Assembly: GCA_013239625.1 (NCBI GenBank)
Contig: MU056146.1
Coordinates: 5,855,314 to 5,919,313 of the forward strand
DNA: 64,000 nt
Origin: Lama guanicoe
Taxonomy: Eukaryota
Direction of reading: 5' to 3'
In this document: positions 11,443 through 24,344 of the stretch, in pieces
Position numbering within the stretch: position 1 is the stretch's first letter
Layout: the number at the start of each line of letters is the position of its first letter
The notes under the pieces: generated by a model
The model's input: only the letters and a program-made list of their open reading frames with translations
Database searches by the model: none
Told to the model about the DNA's origin: nothing
Position numbers and translations under genes: made by a program

Positions 11443-12799
11443 ACAGTGACAGCTCTTTTCCCATATTCCACTGTGGTGGGACCCAGCTTAGTCATCAGAC
11501 TAGAGTGAATCCTGCCTTTTCTGGAGATGACCCGTAGTTAATCTATACAACACTGACCTTTTTTTTTTTTTCCATCCGATAACTGGCTTTCAAATGCAGA
11601 TGGTCTCCAGGGAGAGTTCACGGTTTTCTCTTTCAGAGGGGTATCGTGAACTTTAAAAAGAGCCTTTTAAAAATAAATGAGAACCCGCCTCTGTAATGTA
11701 TTTCCTCCGCGTGCCTTTGCAGCACCTTCTGGGTCCACAGAGATGCGATCTCCAATATTTTAGAACCAAGTAACAGGAGACAGGTCATCACAGATGAGTG
11801 GCATGTAGAAGTTTGCCACATATATAACTTCAGGGGGATACTGAGGAATCCACACAGATACTTTTTTAGTAACTGTACTTTCTAAAATTTTGAAAAGAGG
11901 ACTTGAGAAAGCAGTCAGCATCCTCATTTTCATCAGTATTCTTATTCTCAGATATTTTAATATTTAGCAGATCTCTGGATTACTATTTTTTAAATTGCCC
12001 AATTTTATAGTTCCCTCCTTAACAGGAAAAATAAAACTTATGGAATTAAAAATAGGACGTGCCAAAGAATGCAAAAAAAAAGCGGGGGGAGGCCCAGGTA
12101 AAAACATAGGGCAGGTGCAACGAAGTATTCAAAATGCCATTTTTATTACTTGAAAAATAGATAAAAATTCTCATCTCCCAGACTTGCGTGCGTCTGTTCT
12201 GCCTTTAATATTGTCAGAGGAGGTGGGTGGTTACTAGGCGCCCTGTGCCCAGTCCTAAAAGGGGAAGACATGCATGAGTTTGGCTGGTTGACTCTGTTCC
12301 TGCTGTGGATGTAGCTCTGGTGAAAAGCTGGTTAAGAGATGCTGACGTCTAGGTGAGGCTGCAAATCCAGCTTCCCCTGTGCAGCTGGGAGAGAAGAATT
12401 ATGAAGTTCTCTTACATTCTAAAGATAAAGCAGCTAAGCTAGTTTCTGGGCTGGGTGATAAATGGAAATCCATAAATATGGCAGTGCTAATTTCAAGTTG
12501 CATAGTTGTTTGTGCCATGAGACTGTGTACACTTAAAGGGGTTTTTAAAAGCAATTACCATAAATGCCTCCCTCGAGAGTAGTATGTTTAGTCCGTGGGA
12601 GCGACATAAACTCAGGCCTCTTGATACAGATTGAGGGTGGGGAGGAGGACATGGAGGTTGGCTGGCGGAGGGGGGGGAACTGTCATGACGTTATTTGGAA
12701 GAGGTGAGGAATTTGAGAGTTATTAATCAGAAATACAGCTGAATGCCTAAAAAATGCAGAGCATTTTCTGAAAAGGGGGAAAAAGTTTTTTAAGCCAGC

Positions 12800-12955
12800 A
12801 TTTTGTTTTATTTAGGTTTTGTTTGTTGGTTGGTTTTCTTGGGGGGAGGTGGAAGTAATTAGGTTTATTTATTTATAGAGGAGGTACTGGGGATTGAACC
12901 CAGGACCTCATGCATGCTAAGCATGCACTCTGCCACTTGAGCTATACCCTCCCCC
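12800..12955 (-). mobile_element. tRNA-Ala-like SINE (Vic-1-like)
   Basis: gaggtactggggattgaacccaggacctcatgcatgctaagcatgcactctgccacttgagctataccctcccc; imperfect flanking TSD gggaaaaa..tttttaag. Confidence 0.85.
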
Positions 12956-15900
12956 ACAGGGAAAAAATTTTAAGAATCAAAAGCTTCCAGACTTTTAGGC
13001 TATAACTGATCTTTTTCTAATTCTCTTGAAACTTCTTTCCACCTCTTGCCTTGATATCCTGGTGCTTTCTCAGGAGGTTCCTCCAAATTACTCACCTAGA
13101 GCTCTTCACTGAAATTCCTTTGTGCCCATTTTGACCCCAAGGAGCAAAATGATCAAATTCTGAGGCGTTAGTAAGTTCATTGAGCAGCAGTGAACACCAG
13201 TCACCATTTCTCCTCCTCCAGGGCTGTGCCTTCCAGGCAGGTGACGGACTATGCGGGGTGAACAGGCTTCATAGGGCTGCACAAGTCGAGTGTGGACTCA
13301 TTTCATCCAATGATACACCCGCGTGTGTTTGCTATTTTGCAAAATAGACTACTTCAGTGAAAATTGGTTACAAGTAGTGCTAATAACTGTAACCTTAGCT
13401 ACTGACCATCTTTAAGACATAGCTCTTAACATGTGCCCGAGGGTGAGCCCTGCGTGGACACCAGTTTGTACAGACCTTTGGCATCCACTGGCTCAAAGTC
13501 AAAAGAGAATTGTAATTACTCATCCAGCTGCCAAATTCTACCGATGACCCTTGTCAGCAATATCCCATTGATGGCTGAGTGGTCAGTGAGCTACCTATTT
13601 TTGTCAGGAACCATGTCAGCTGTAAATTTTCAAAGCCTTGGGTAGTTTGTCTTGCAAGGGAGAAAGGGGGCTGTTCTCTGTGGATGCAGCTCAAATTAGT
13701 AAAATCAAACCTGAGTTTTGGACCTTTCCCTTTGTTAGCACTGCTGATAGATTTCTAGAACAAGCTGCTTGGTATTTATTGACTTATTGGTCTTACTGTT
13801 TAAATACACTCATCACCTTGGGTTTCTTAGGCCCCATAAGTAGACGCTAAGCCTGCTCTGGAAACAGGAATAGGCTACCCTGATATGGTCATTTTCCGAG
13901 GTTGTGTGGTTCACGTGTAACGTCAGTGTCACCCATCTTTAGGCTATATGAGTGAGAACGTAGCTGATTCTTACCCAACAACCCAGAACTGTCCCTGACT
14001 CTACCCAGGAGCATGGTTGTCATTGAGTTCACTTTCAGTGTCCCACTTTCTGAGTCGTCTCTCCAATGTGGTCCAGTGGGGATTCTTCTAGATTGCTATC
14101 TTCTTGGCAATGGGTCCTGCCTTCTTGGCAGGTTGGCACCTCTTCTGGATCTGTTAGCGAGTCTTCCCAGCCCATCAAGTCTACAGAACAGAAGTGGCCC
14201 CTGGGAATTCACAAGGGCAACAGCTTTCGACCTTTGGAGGGTAGACATGGTGGTACTTGAACTGGTTCACCCTTACTTCCTCCCTTGCCCTGTGGCAGCT
14301 GGTTTTTTATCTGCTGCTGGATGCTGACCAGGGCCTGACTGGTACGGCTGCCCCACCCCTTTACTCTTCCTTCAAGCTAGCCTTTTTTGTTCTTGGCTCC
14401 AACTCTTTCAGTGATGAGGCCCACGCTTTCTCTGTTCCACATCGCTGAAAATTCAAGGCCCAGCATGTTCTCCCTTACACCTGCCTCACCTGGTCTCACA
14501 CACAGTGTGTGAGCTGAAGGTAAGCCCCCAGATTCTGCCAGATGATGGCGGACAAATACAAAGTGACTCTTGAACAGTGACTCACAAATGCATGAAATGT
14601 TTTGATCTCCAGACTGCCAGAATTTCTCTTTTCTAATTCCTATTTGTAGTGATAACATTTTTTTCTTTTTGTGATTCTTAAAAAAAAAAATAGTGTAGTA
14701 CCTGAATCAATTGCAGTTATAATTGTTGTCACTATTTCTATCTGACAAATTCCAGTTCTCTCAAAATTATTGTATCCAGTTGTGCACTAGTGTCAATAAA
14801 ATTGACATTTGTGAAGCAATTTCTGGCCTTTTTCTCCGGGTTTCACTGGGTCTGATGGTGTGTGGGGTGACTGGGTCTTGTCTAACATCAGGACTTTGTT
14901 TTAATGATGTGTCTGAAAATGCAAGGAATTTAAATGGAGGGTTTTTGTTTCTTTTTTTAACGCGCACTTCTTCAACCTGACTTTTCCTGACATTTCCTAA
15001 TCTTGTTCTTCAGTGGGCAGGATGTCTGCTTTTCGTCGTTTTTGTGGGTGTGGTGGCTTTTCCCCCATGTGTTGGTGACACAGCTAGTGGATCAACCTGG
15101 GACCCGATGGGAGCTGGTGGTGGTCTCTGCGTGGTTCATTCATGCGGGGATGAAGTTCACTATCCAGCATCATCAGCTCCATTCTAGGCTGACCTATCTT
15201 GTAATTTCTGTGGACATGAATGAATCCAGAGAGAGAGGGTAGAGGTCAAGAAAATGAAGGGTATGCCCAGAAAACAGAACTTTTCCTTTCTCAATGAGAT
15301 CCTTGATTGTGTGCGGAGTAGCAACGAGCATGAATCTGTATATAGGAAAACGGAGAAAGCACGCGTGTAGTCTTTCCCGATGACAGTAACTCACCCAACT
15401 GCGGGCTACGTGAACTTTGACCCTAATCCTAGTTTTTGCGAATCTGCATATAAATCCGTTAGGCAGAAACATTTGGTTTAGAAGTAGATTTTGAAACATC
15501 CCATTTAGTTTCAATAAGTTGAGATATCTGTATTTGCAAAAGGCTGTTGGCAAAGAGTTTCAGGTGCACGTCGTCTCGTTTGGCTGACTCATCATGGGTA
15601 ATTATGCATTTTCATATTATTTATTATAGTATCCTTTGCAGAGGAATAATTAATTGCCTTTCATTTTTTGACTCATCAAGGGGAATTGTGATCATGTAAT
15701 GACCTCCAGCTTTGTGTTTTTAAATGATCACCTTTGCCTGTAAATGTGATGCTAGTGTTTCTGTCCCAAACAGTGAGAGAGACATGGAGTGACATCACCA
15801 GGTATAACGAGCTTGCTTCTGTTCTTCGTAGAAGGGGAGGTAGCTGCTTTCCCTTTAGCTGAGCCCCACTGCTCTGAGCCGTAGTCTGTCCTGGGTGTCC

Positions 15901-16317
15901 CAGTCCTTTAGTCTTCTATTAGAATAGCTCTGTTTTCTAGTCCTTTCCCACGTCTCCTTGTGATATAGACACTGTGTCTTTCTCGAGTAATTCTTAGAAG
16001 CTAAGGCAGTAGTTAGGAGGTGATGACTCTATTGGGGGATACACGATGCTTTTAAACTATAGTAATTATTCTCAAAGCAGAGTTCTCCAACTTATCATTA
16101 ATGATGTAACTGTGGCTCCACTGAATGGTATTTTTAATATGAAGGCAGCTGCAACTTAGGACGGAAAAAAAACTAGAAAATCATGAAGTGCATTAAGTAT
16201 GTCATAAGGTGGTCAGGGTTCTTAAAGATTTGAAAAGGTAAAAGTTGTAAGTAGAAACCAGGTCCCAGAAGGAATTACTTTTTTTTTTCTTCTTTAATAC
16301 TTCTCATCCCCAAACAG

Positions 16318-16505
16318 GCTCCCTGACTGGTAGCCCTCACCTTTCAGAGCTGTCCATCAACTCGCAGGGAGGAGCCGCCCCTGCCAACGCCATCCTGTCC
16401 CCCAACCTGAGCCCCGACACCAAGCAGGCATCTCCCTTGGTCAGCCCACTGCTCAACGACCAGGCGGGCCCTCGGACGGACGACGAGGAGGACAGCCGGA
16501 GAAAG
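16318..16505 (+). CDS. FARP1: FARP1 coding exon (~14): GSLTGSPHLSELSINSQGG...DDEEDSRRK
   Basis: T-rich tract + acag acceptor, AAG|gtgtga donor, 188 nt (phase 1 to 0), matches recalled FARP1. Confidence 0.95.
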
Positions 16506-16539
16506 GTGTGAGGATGGGTGTGGGCTTATCTGCTCATCT

Positions 16540-17080
16540 TTTTTTTTTTAATTTCAGTAATATGCATAACATAAAATTTGCCATTGTAACCATTCCTAAG
16601 CATCCCATTCAGTGGCATTAAGTGCATTCACAGTGTTGTATAACCCTCATCACGATTCATTTCTAGAACTTTGTCAGCCTTCCAAGCTGCAGCTCCATGC
16701 ACATTGAACACTAGCTCGCCACACCGCCCCCAGCCCCCGCCAGCCACCATTCTGCTTTCTGTCTCTGTGAATTGATGACGCTAGGAATGAACCTCCTGTG
16801 AGTAGAATCAGACAGTACCTGTCCCTTTGTGATGGGCTTATGTCCTTGAGCATAATGTCCTCAAGCTTGATCCATGCTGTAGCCTGGGTTGAAATTTCCT
16901 TTAAAGGTTGAACGGTATTCCATTGTATGGAGATACCACGTTTGGTTGATCCACCCATCCATGGATGGACAGCTGGGCCGTCTCCTCCTATTGGCTATTT
17001 TGTATCAGGTGCTGGAAGTGTGTTCACAAGCACCTGCTCTCATCTCTACTTCGTGTGTATCCCCAGGGGTGGAATCTCAT
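16540..17080 (-). mobile_element. Old L1 (L1MB-like) 3' end
   Basis: acataaaatttgccattgtaaccatt...cagtggcattaagtgcattcacagtgttg; ORF2-like remnant QWNTVQPLK...WIKLEDIML in the ORF track. Confidence 0.8.
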
Positions 17081-17703
17081 GGACTCTTGTGGGAAGAGAG
17101 CAAAATGGTTAACAATGAGGGATTTCCTCTTACTCTTTGGTCAAAAAGAAAGCGAAACTGATGGCTGGCCGGCTCTAGAGCGGAGCTGCCTGCCCACCTA
17201 ACCCATGGACTCCTGCTTCCACCACCCTGGTCCCTTGGGATCCACCACCCTCCATGCTCCCACGAAGAACGTAGCTTCCATTTCCTGAACACCAGCGTCA
17301 TCCACGGCACCCAGGCCAAAGGCTGCTGTGGTTTCTGCTTCATTCCTTTCCTTGAAGGCTGCATCACTTTGATATTTTACTAAGTAGATTTTCAGACGCC
17401 CATTTCTGAATGACTTAGTCCTGAGTGGTGGCTCGTACGCCCAGCCGGGACCTTTCACTGCGGGTGGTATTCACATGGAAGGAAACATTCCTAGACTATT
17501 TTCTCATCTTGGAAATCCATTCTTGTACCCTCATTCCTCTCACACAAAAAGGAGAATAAATAGGAGTTTATTTAGCCTTGATAGTGGTCAACGAAAGATC
17601 AGAAGTTAGCAATGTAGCACTTTAATGAGGACTTTCTTATAATCAGGACATCCTTAGAGACTGAGACTCAAAAATATCTTTTTTCTTTTTATGGATTTCG
17701 CAG

Positions 17704-17793
17704 AGATTCCCAACGGACAAAGCATACTTCATCGCCAAGGAAGTCTCCACCACCGAGAGAACGTATCTGAAGGACCTTGAAGTCATCACTTCG
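17704..17793 (+). CDS. FARP1: FARP1 coding exon (~15), DH domain start: RFPTDKAYFIAKEVSTTERTYLKDLEVITS
   Basis: gcag acceptor, gtatgt donor, 90 nt; DH CR1 motif TERTYLKDL. Confidence 0.97.
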
Positions 17794-18813
17794 GTATGTG
17801 TGTTCCCCTCAAGCATTAAATTACATAATTTATCTCGACTAATACTCAGCTTGAGGAGAAAAGCTGGATCTAATGAAGTGTTGGGTTCTCTGACTCCAAT
17901 TAAAAGGATTTGGCTCCTGGGTTGGAGAAATGAGGCAGTGACAGTGTGTTTAATTTGGAATACGCTCTATAAAAGTTGTATCATTGTGATTTTTTAAGTG
18001 CAAAAGGAAAGAAGTTTCTCAAGTGGAGAAATTTAAAAGTAAGCATTTTACCGTCAGCCTGCACCGATGCAGAACAGCAGAACATCTCATGTTTTGCTCA
18101 TAATTTTTGCCAGAGGGAGACCTCAGAGGTAAATTAGAAGCCTCATTTTATCTTTGATAACAAATCGAGCCATGTCGGCAAAAGCTGCCAAAAAGACTGC
18201 CTTTTATTATTTTAATCAGTCCTGTTCAGTCTTGGAAAGGAATTCAAAGCCTTGTGGATATCCTTATAACCCTGGATTCTGAGAGGGCTCTAGCCCACCA
18301 GAATCGCTGGGTTTCTGTGCCCCTGGGGCGGGCACTCACGTGGGGCCTGGCCTCCGCTCAGCGAGGTGAGTGATGTGTGCGAAGGCAGAGGCTTCACCTC
18401 TCCGGTTCAGCCACCTCCCTGCTTAGCCTTTCAACAAAGAGGCAGAGATGGAAGTTTCTCAAGGGCTGAACCAGGTCATGTTCAGTGGTTTGAGTCCGTG
18501 ATGACCAAGTGAGTTGGCCACGATGGAGGCTTTGATTTGAGCAGCTACCCACTTGAGAGATTTATCCTGACTCCAACAGTCAATTGACAACAAATTCCAG
18601 GGAACAGTCGTAAAGTGCTGGGTGCTTCTCACCCAACTGGATGAAAGCAGGGAAAGCAGTGAGGCCCAGAGGCCTGAAGCCCTCGAAACGCCACAGGTGC
18701 AGCGGGAAAGGCCACTAGCCTCCCTGCGTGGCCTCCTGCCGCGGCACCTCGGAAGAATTGCAAACCTTCACCCTCCACCTTTACCTCTGAGTGTGTCCTC
18801 TTTTTATCCCCAG

Positions 18814-18947
18814 TGGTTTCAGAGCACAGTGAGCAAAGAGGACTCCATGCCCGAAACCTTGAAAAGTCTCATATTCCCGAATTTTGAACCTTTGCACAAA
18901 TTCCATACGAATTTTCTCAAGGAAATTGAGCAGCGACTCGCTCTGTG
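18814..18947 (+). CDS. FARP1: FARP1 coding exon (~16), DH: WFQSTVSKEDSMPETLKSLIFPNFEPLHKFHTNFLKEIEQRLAL(W)
   Basis: ccag acceptor, gtgagt donor, 134 nt. Confidence 0.97.
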
Positions 18948-19353
18948 GTGAGTACAGCGGCTGGGCGTGACCATCCTGTCTCGCCCCCACGGCCCTCCTC
19001 TGTCTTCCTCTCTCTCTCTTTCCGATATTACTTATGTGTGGTTCCTTATCAGCAGCAGCCGTGAGCAAAGACAAAGCGAGAAGCTGGCTGAGAATAAGCC
19101 AAGCTTACAGTGATTTCCGGTTAAATCTACCTGGACTGGAGCTCATCTTGAATTTCTTTTTTTTTCCCTTTGGCTTACAATTCTTCAGAATGCATGTCTT
19201 CTGCCAGGGGTGGAGGGAGGGAATGAATTGCAGAGGTGGCCCCGGGCAGTTCTGGGGATGATGGAGTTGTTCTGTATATTTATATATAATCTATATTATA
19301 TATATAAAATCTGTATCATGATATGAAAGTGGTGACATGCTATATACCATACG

Positions 19354-19547
19354 CAGTTGACTGGGGGCGGTTAGAGGCACCGACCCTCCATGCAGTCAAA
19401 AATCTGAGTGTAACTTTACAGTTGGCCCTCCTTATTAGCCTCAGAATCAACCAACCGCCAATCGTGTACAAGTGTACAAATTTAGTGAAAAAAACCTGCA
19501 GTGGGTGGTCCCACACCGGTCAAACCCGTGATGTTCGAGGTCAGCTG
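19354..19547 (+). mobile_element. MER8/Tigger2-like MITE among degraded L1M fragments (19200-20150)
   Basis: cagttga...ggttagaggcaccgaccctccatgcagtcaaaaatc...caaacccgtgatgttcgaggtcagctgta. Confidence 0.65.
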
Positions 19548-21259
19548 TACACTTATTCACTGTTACTATATGTAAATTCTGTTTCAATAAAGCGGATTTT
19601 TAAGATGCTATAAGCATATTTAGTACAAGTTTTGAAAAAGTCTAGAAGAATATACATTAAATTGTTAACAATGGAGATGAGATTACCAAAAAAAAAAAAA
19701 ACAAACATGTTCTCTGATGATAATTAAAGGAACGCCACAAAATAGAGATAGTAATTACTTCTGGAAGGACAATGAGGGTTTTATGGAGTAGAGGCATATA
19801 TGACAGACCTTTAGGGGTGTTGGTGATATTTTACTGGGTTTTGCTTTATTGTCATTGAAGTAGTATGTGTCTGAGTACTAAATATTTCAGTATTATATTT
19901 CACAGTGTTTAAAGAGTGCTTTGAAAAATAGAGCCCTGTGCACCACACACACGCACACACATACTTTTACCTTGAATCCCACTGCCAGGAATTTATTTTA
20001 AGGATATATTCTAATGTGAAATGACAAATGGCAAAGATACCCATGGCAGACTTAAAAGATGGGAAATAACCTAAATATCCATGAATAGCAGGCAGATTAA
20101 AACTCGTATTAAGTCTGTGTATTGAACATCATATAATATATTAATCTGTGGGTGCAAAAACTCAGGAAACATTTTGTATACTGTAGAATGTAGAAAGTCT
20201 AATATTCTCTTGCCTAAAATGGAATCTTTAACAGAAAATTCTCATGGGGTTTTTTTTAAAGATAGTTTTATACGTAGACATAGGAGGTGATGGTCTCCTA
20301 AACATGCATTTGAAAAATGCCAGGAGATAATAGCGAAAATTTGCTACTGTGTTTTGGGCAGAAATGAAACCCGCCATGGAGTGTGTCATCATCACTAGAG
20401 GTGGGAGTTTGGTTCCCAGTGGTGTCAGGGGCACTGAGTGACTGCGGGAGCCCTGGATCAGGCGGTGTTACCCCAGGCGATCCCAACCATGGGACTCAAG
20501 CATCAGGTCACAGATTCACAGAGCTGCTCCCTGGGTCCTGAAGCAAATATGCTTGGACGTTCGTCCTTGTTTTTTAACCTGGAGATAATTCGTGTGAAGT
20601 TCTCTCTCCTGTGATAGAAGGAGGTGGGAGTTTCACTAAGATGCCCCAGGGAGGAGGGCACAGCCAGGATGGAGAAATAACAGGTACCGAGTCAGCCCCA
20701 CTGAAGTGGGAAGAGACTGAAGATGCCAGTTTAAAGTCTTACTCTAGCTTCACGCTGTGAAGGCAAGAGAAGGACCACTTCTCAAAATTTTAACAAACAA
20801 AAAAAATCTACAGAATCTAACTTTATTTTACCCTCCCCAAATTTACCTGAAAACTTCCAGGTGTGGCCCGCCATACGGCCTCCTCATTCACACAAAGCTG
20901 AATGATGCTTTCGTAATGGAGTCAAAAACCTCACAGTTCTGAAGAAATCAATTAACTGTTGGTTTTCTGGCCAACGAGATGTGTGTTCATGGCGTCTTCC
21001 CATCGGCTCAGAGCATCTCAAGCTGGTGTCGCTAGAGCAGTGTCAGTCCCCCTGGCAGTTGATTTAAATAACATTGGGGAGGTCACGCACAGGGAGTGTC
21101 CTCAGTTGGCAGTCCCCTGGCAGCCCCGCGTGGTGGCCTCAGCTCCTGCCGCCAGGGAACTTGGGAGAACTGTAGGAAACCCTCGGGGTTTCTTGAGCTG
21201 AGGTTCTCCATTTCCAGAAGGTACTTACCTGTTGGGTGAAACCCCACTCCTGGCTCCGC

Positions 21260-21410
21260 ATCAGGGTCACCTGGGGTTGGTGGGTCAGGGGAGTTTTGAA
21301 AAAAATTCAGATTGCCAGGCCCCACCTGGCCCTCCTCAATCAGAACATTGGAATGAAACCCAGAAATGTGTATTTTTAAAGTGTTTCTTGGGATGATGGT
21401 AATGAATAAC
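21260..21410. mobile_element. MER5A-like remnant
   Basis: aaaattcagattgccaggccccacc...aatcagaacattggaatgaaacccagaaatgtgtatttttaa. Confidence 0.55.
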
Positions 21411-22234
21411 TTTTCCGGAACAGATGTTGTGGAGTGCCTGTGACAAACTGAAGACCCTGTGATTCTTTCGCTTGCATTTTGTTTATAATTCTTGTTTCTT
21501 CTATAAGCAGTGAGTGAATGAATGCATGTGAGGGTGAGTGAGTGAGCGAGTGGGCACCAGGCTCTGCCCGCTGGGGACCTGCTGTCTCTGGGAGGAGGCA
21601 GGCTCGTGGTGCAAGGAAGGCCAGGCCCTCTGGTGGACTCACAGCGACGAGTGGGCCACATCCAGTGTGGGCGGAGGGCGTCCCTGGCCAGTTCTGTCTT
21701 GGAGGACACGTGCGCCATTAATGCCCGCAGACAAGAGGCAACTCGGAAGTGACTGTGTTCAGTGCAAAGAATGGATCACAGGGAAGTTTATTAAGAAACG
21801 GCTTTGCTCAGGGTTACTGATGGACCGTGCCTGTGTGTGTGTGTTTGTATGTGACTTCACACCTTGAGATGGAAGACACGGACAGTCTCATGTCCAGGGG
21901 GATGGCTGCGTCTGCCTCCACCGTCACCCGTCAGGACCAGGACCTGAGGTCCACGTCCAGCTGTCCGTGGCCTTGGACGGTCTCGTCTCCTCACCTGTAA
22001 GACGTGGGTACCTCGTAGGCTGTCACATGACCTGAATGAGTCAGTGTTTGTAAGGGGCTTCCTGTTCGCCCCACACATAGAAAGAGAGGAAGGCTGACCA
22101 TGTGTTTATATCAACTTTATTTTGAAGTTTTAGAGAGAAGCTGCTGTGACAGAGGAGTTTCTGCACACACACACCCCCTCCCATCCCCTGAGGCCAACTT
22201 CTGTCACTGTGCACTAAGAACCCAGTGTTGGTTC

Positions 22235-22647
22235 TGTTAGAAACCAAAATTCAATTGTGCAAGTGCTAAAGACCTAACTGGTTTTATTGAATGATTCGTG
22301 AGTGGGTGGCACCCCATCTAGCAAGTAGAGGGGGGCTCCAGGAAGCTCCAGAAAAGGAAAAAAAAGGTTTTTACAGGCAAAACAAGGAATAAACAAAAAA
22401 CATAATTTCAGGCTTAGGTAACCTACCCGGAGGATGAAGGGGTCTGTGTGGCCGATGGCTTCATCTTCCTCTGGGGATTAGAGGGGCCCGTGTGACAGAT
22501 GACCTCATTGGTGCTGACCAGAAAATTCCGGACTAACTGGTTAGGAGAACATTCCTGGGGGAGGTTGTAACTGCAGTGAGGTTAGGTATTAAGTCTTGAT
22601 TTTAGCCCAGGTGACTCCATATTGGGCCTGTCCTTTTTCTTTTAATA
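22235..22647 (-). mobile_element. ERV1-type solo LTR remnant
   Basis: Starts tgttagaaaccaaaa; minus-strand AATAAA (ttttatt near 22282); ends ...ttgggcctgtcctttttcttttaata. Confidence 0.5.
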
Positions 22648-24344
22648 GCATATTATTATCGACTTTATTCAGTGATAATATTTTAAATTATTTTTGTGAA
22701 TAGAAAGAAAGCTGAAGTTCACAATGCTTGGGGTCCACCAGATTTGGTGCTTAAGTGACACAGCCGCCGCGCTCTGCCTTTGCAGTCCTGCGTTAGGCTG
22801 TCACGTACTTCCATCAGCAGTGGGAAATTACAGGGCAGAAAAAGTCCCGGGAAAAGACTTCCTAAGCGGTTAAGCTGAGCCCCAGCTTAGCACACACACC
22901 CGGCCCTGGCCCTGGCCCTGGCCCCAGCCCCACAGCTCAAGCTCCTAAGTCAACACACCTGAGAAGGGGATGGAGCATTTCGTTCTGGCGCAAACCCATG
23001 TTACCCTGTTCCTTCAAAAACAAGGAGACAGGTTTGGTGACTTGTGAAAACGTGAAGCATGCTTCTCCTTTTGAGAGCAAAGATGTTTTTACTGAGCTGT
23101 TCAAATGCATGCAGAGACAGGCACTAACAACCTTTGGCCTTCAGTCAGAAGCCCTGAGTTCCAGCCCTGAAATGGCCTGCAGGTGCAGAGTCCAGGCTGG
23201 TCAGGTCCGTCCCCAGGGATGGATGCAGACCTGGCCCGGTACAGGGCGCCTTGGCTCTGCTGGGTACAGAACTCGGCTGGCTGCCAGGGAGCTGGAATCC
23301 GAGGGGAGCGGGGGGCAGGCAAGGAGGCACTCAGGGTCGGCTTCCAAGAGGGATCAGCTGAGTTTTTGTTGGATTTTTTTTTAAGATCCTTGAGGTCGAG
23401 CCCCTTGGAAGGGGTAGAGAAGTGCAGCTGGAAGGGCTGGAAAGACGGGATGCCGAGATTCACCAAGTCGGCTCGTGGGACAAAGGAGAAGCGAAGGGGA
23501 AGCCCTGGAGCTTTGAGCCTGGTTAACTGGGAAGGTGGTCGTGAAATTTAAGACAGGCATTAAGAAAGAAAGGGGAAAAGCAAGTAAAATGGAGGGAAGA
23601 TGAGCTTGCTTTGGGGCACATCAATTTTGAGGGGTCAGTGATGAAATCGTACAGGCAGGTGGAAACCCCAGTCTCAGACATGGGGAGACTGACTGACTAG
23701 GCGCAGTGGTGTAGGCGTGGAAATTATCCACGAGAATCAGGTCTTTAAGGAAGGGAATAATTGAGACAAAAGAGAGCCGGGGGCAGAATCTTCCTGAATA
23801 CACTTTGGGGGCAACTTTCCATAATCATAGCTTAGGGCAGAGCACGAGCCAGCAAAGGAAGCTTGAAGAAGCCACCAGATATGGGAAGAGAGAACAAGAG
23901 AGCAGGGGTGGAGGGTCCCAGAGGAGAGCGTGACTTGGGGACTGATGCCCAGGAGGGCAGAGATGGTTCAAGGTGGTGCAGGGATGCAGGAGTAGGCTTA
24001 GGGTGCCGGGAGCTCTGCAGGGAGCAGACACATGGTCGGTGTCTGTGGGGGATCACGTGCCCATCCAGAGCGGGAAGGAGGCTCCTCTCTCAGGGTAGTG
24101 ACGTTCTTGCAACCTGTGATTAGGAATTTCGTAGGTGGAGTGGCTTTGTCTCACCATTAGGCTCCAGGGGCTGAGCTTGAAGTGGAGCAGAAATGACTGA
24201 GTGGGTGAGAAAACTGTTGGTATTACCCCCGGAAAGTGGGGCATCTTAACAGTGGCGCCCGTGAACCATCATAGAACAAAATGAATAAAATCTTTTTCTT
24301 AACCTACCAGCTGTGGGTGTCATTGAAAGGTCACAGGGATTCCT

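Larger units (their letters stand above)
3582..11460 (+). other. FARP1: Candidate long 3' UTR of the short FARP1 isoform (otherwise the first part of intron 13)
   Basis: AT/U-rich with few recognisable repeats over ~7.9 kb; ends at AATAAA 11437-11442 followed by U/GU-rich sequence. Confidence 0.45.

Noticed and set aside
12880-12955. tRNA-Ala gene
   Set aside because: A/T-rich tail, TSDs and four diverged sister copies show it is a SINE.
21083-21718. 211-aa - strand ORF
   Set aside because: Spans a MER5A-like remnant; no recognisable domain or exon structure.
23420-23960. Purine-rich blocks (also ~35200-35500 and ~41430-41760) as novel elements
   Set aside because: They look like degraded antisense L2 LINE; too diverged to bound reliably.
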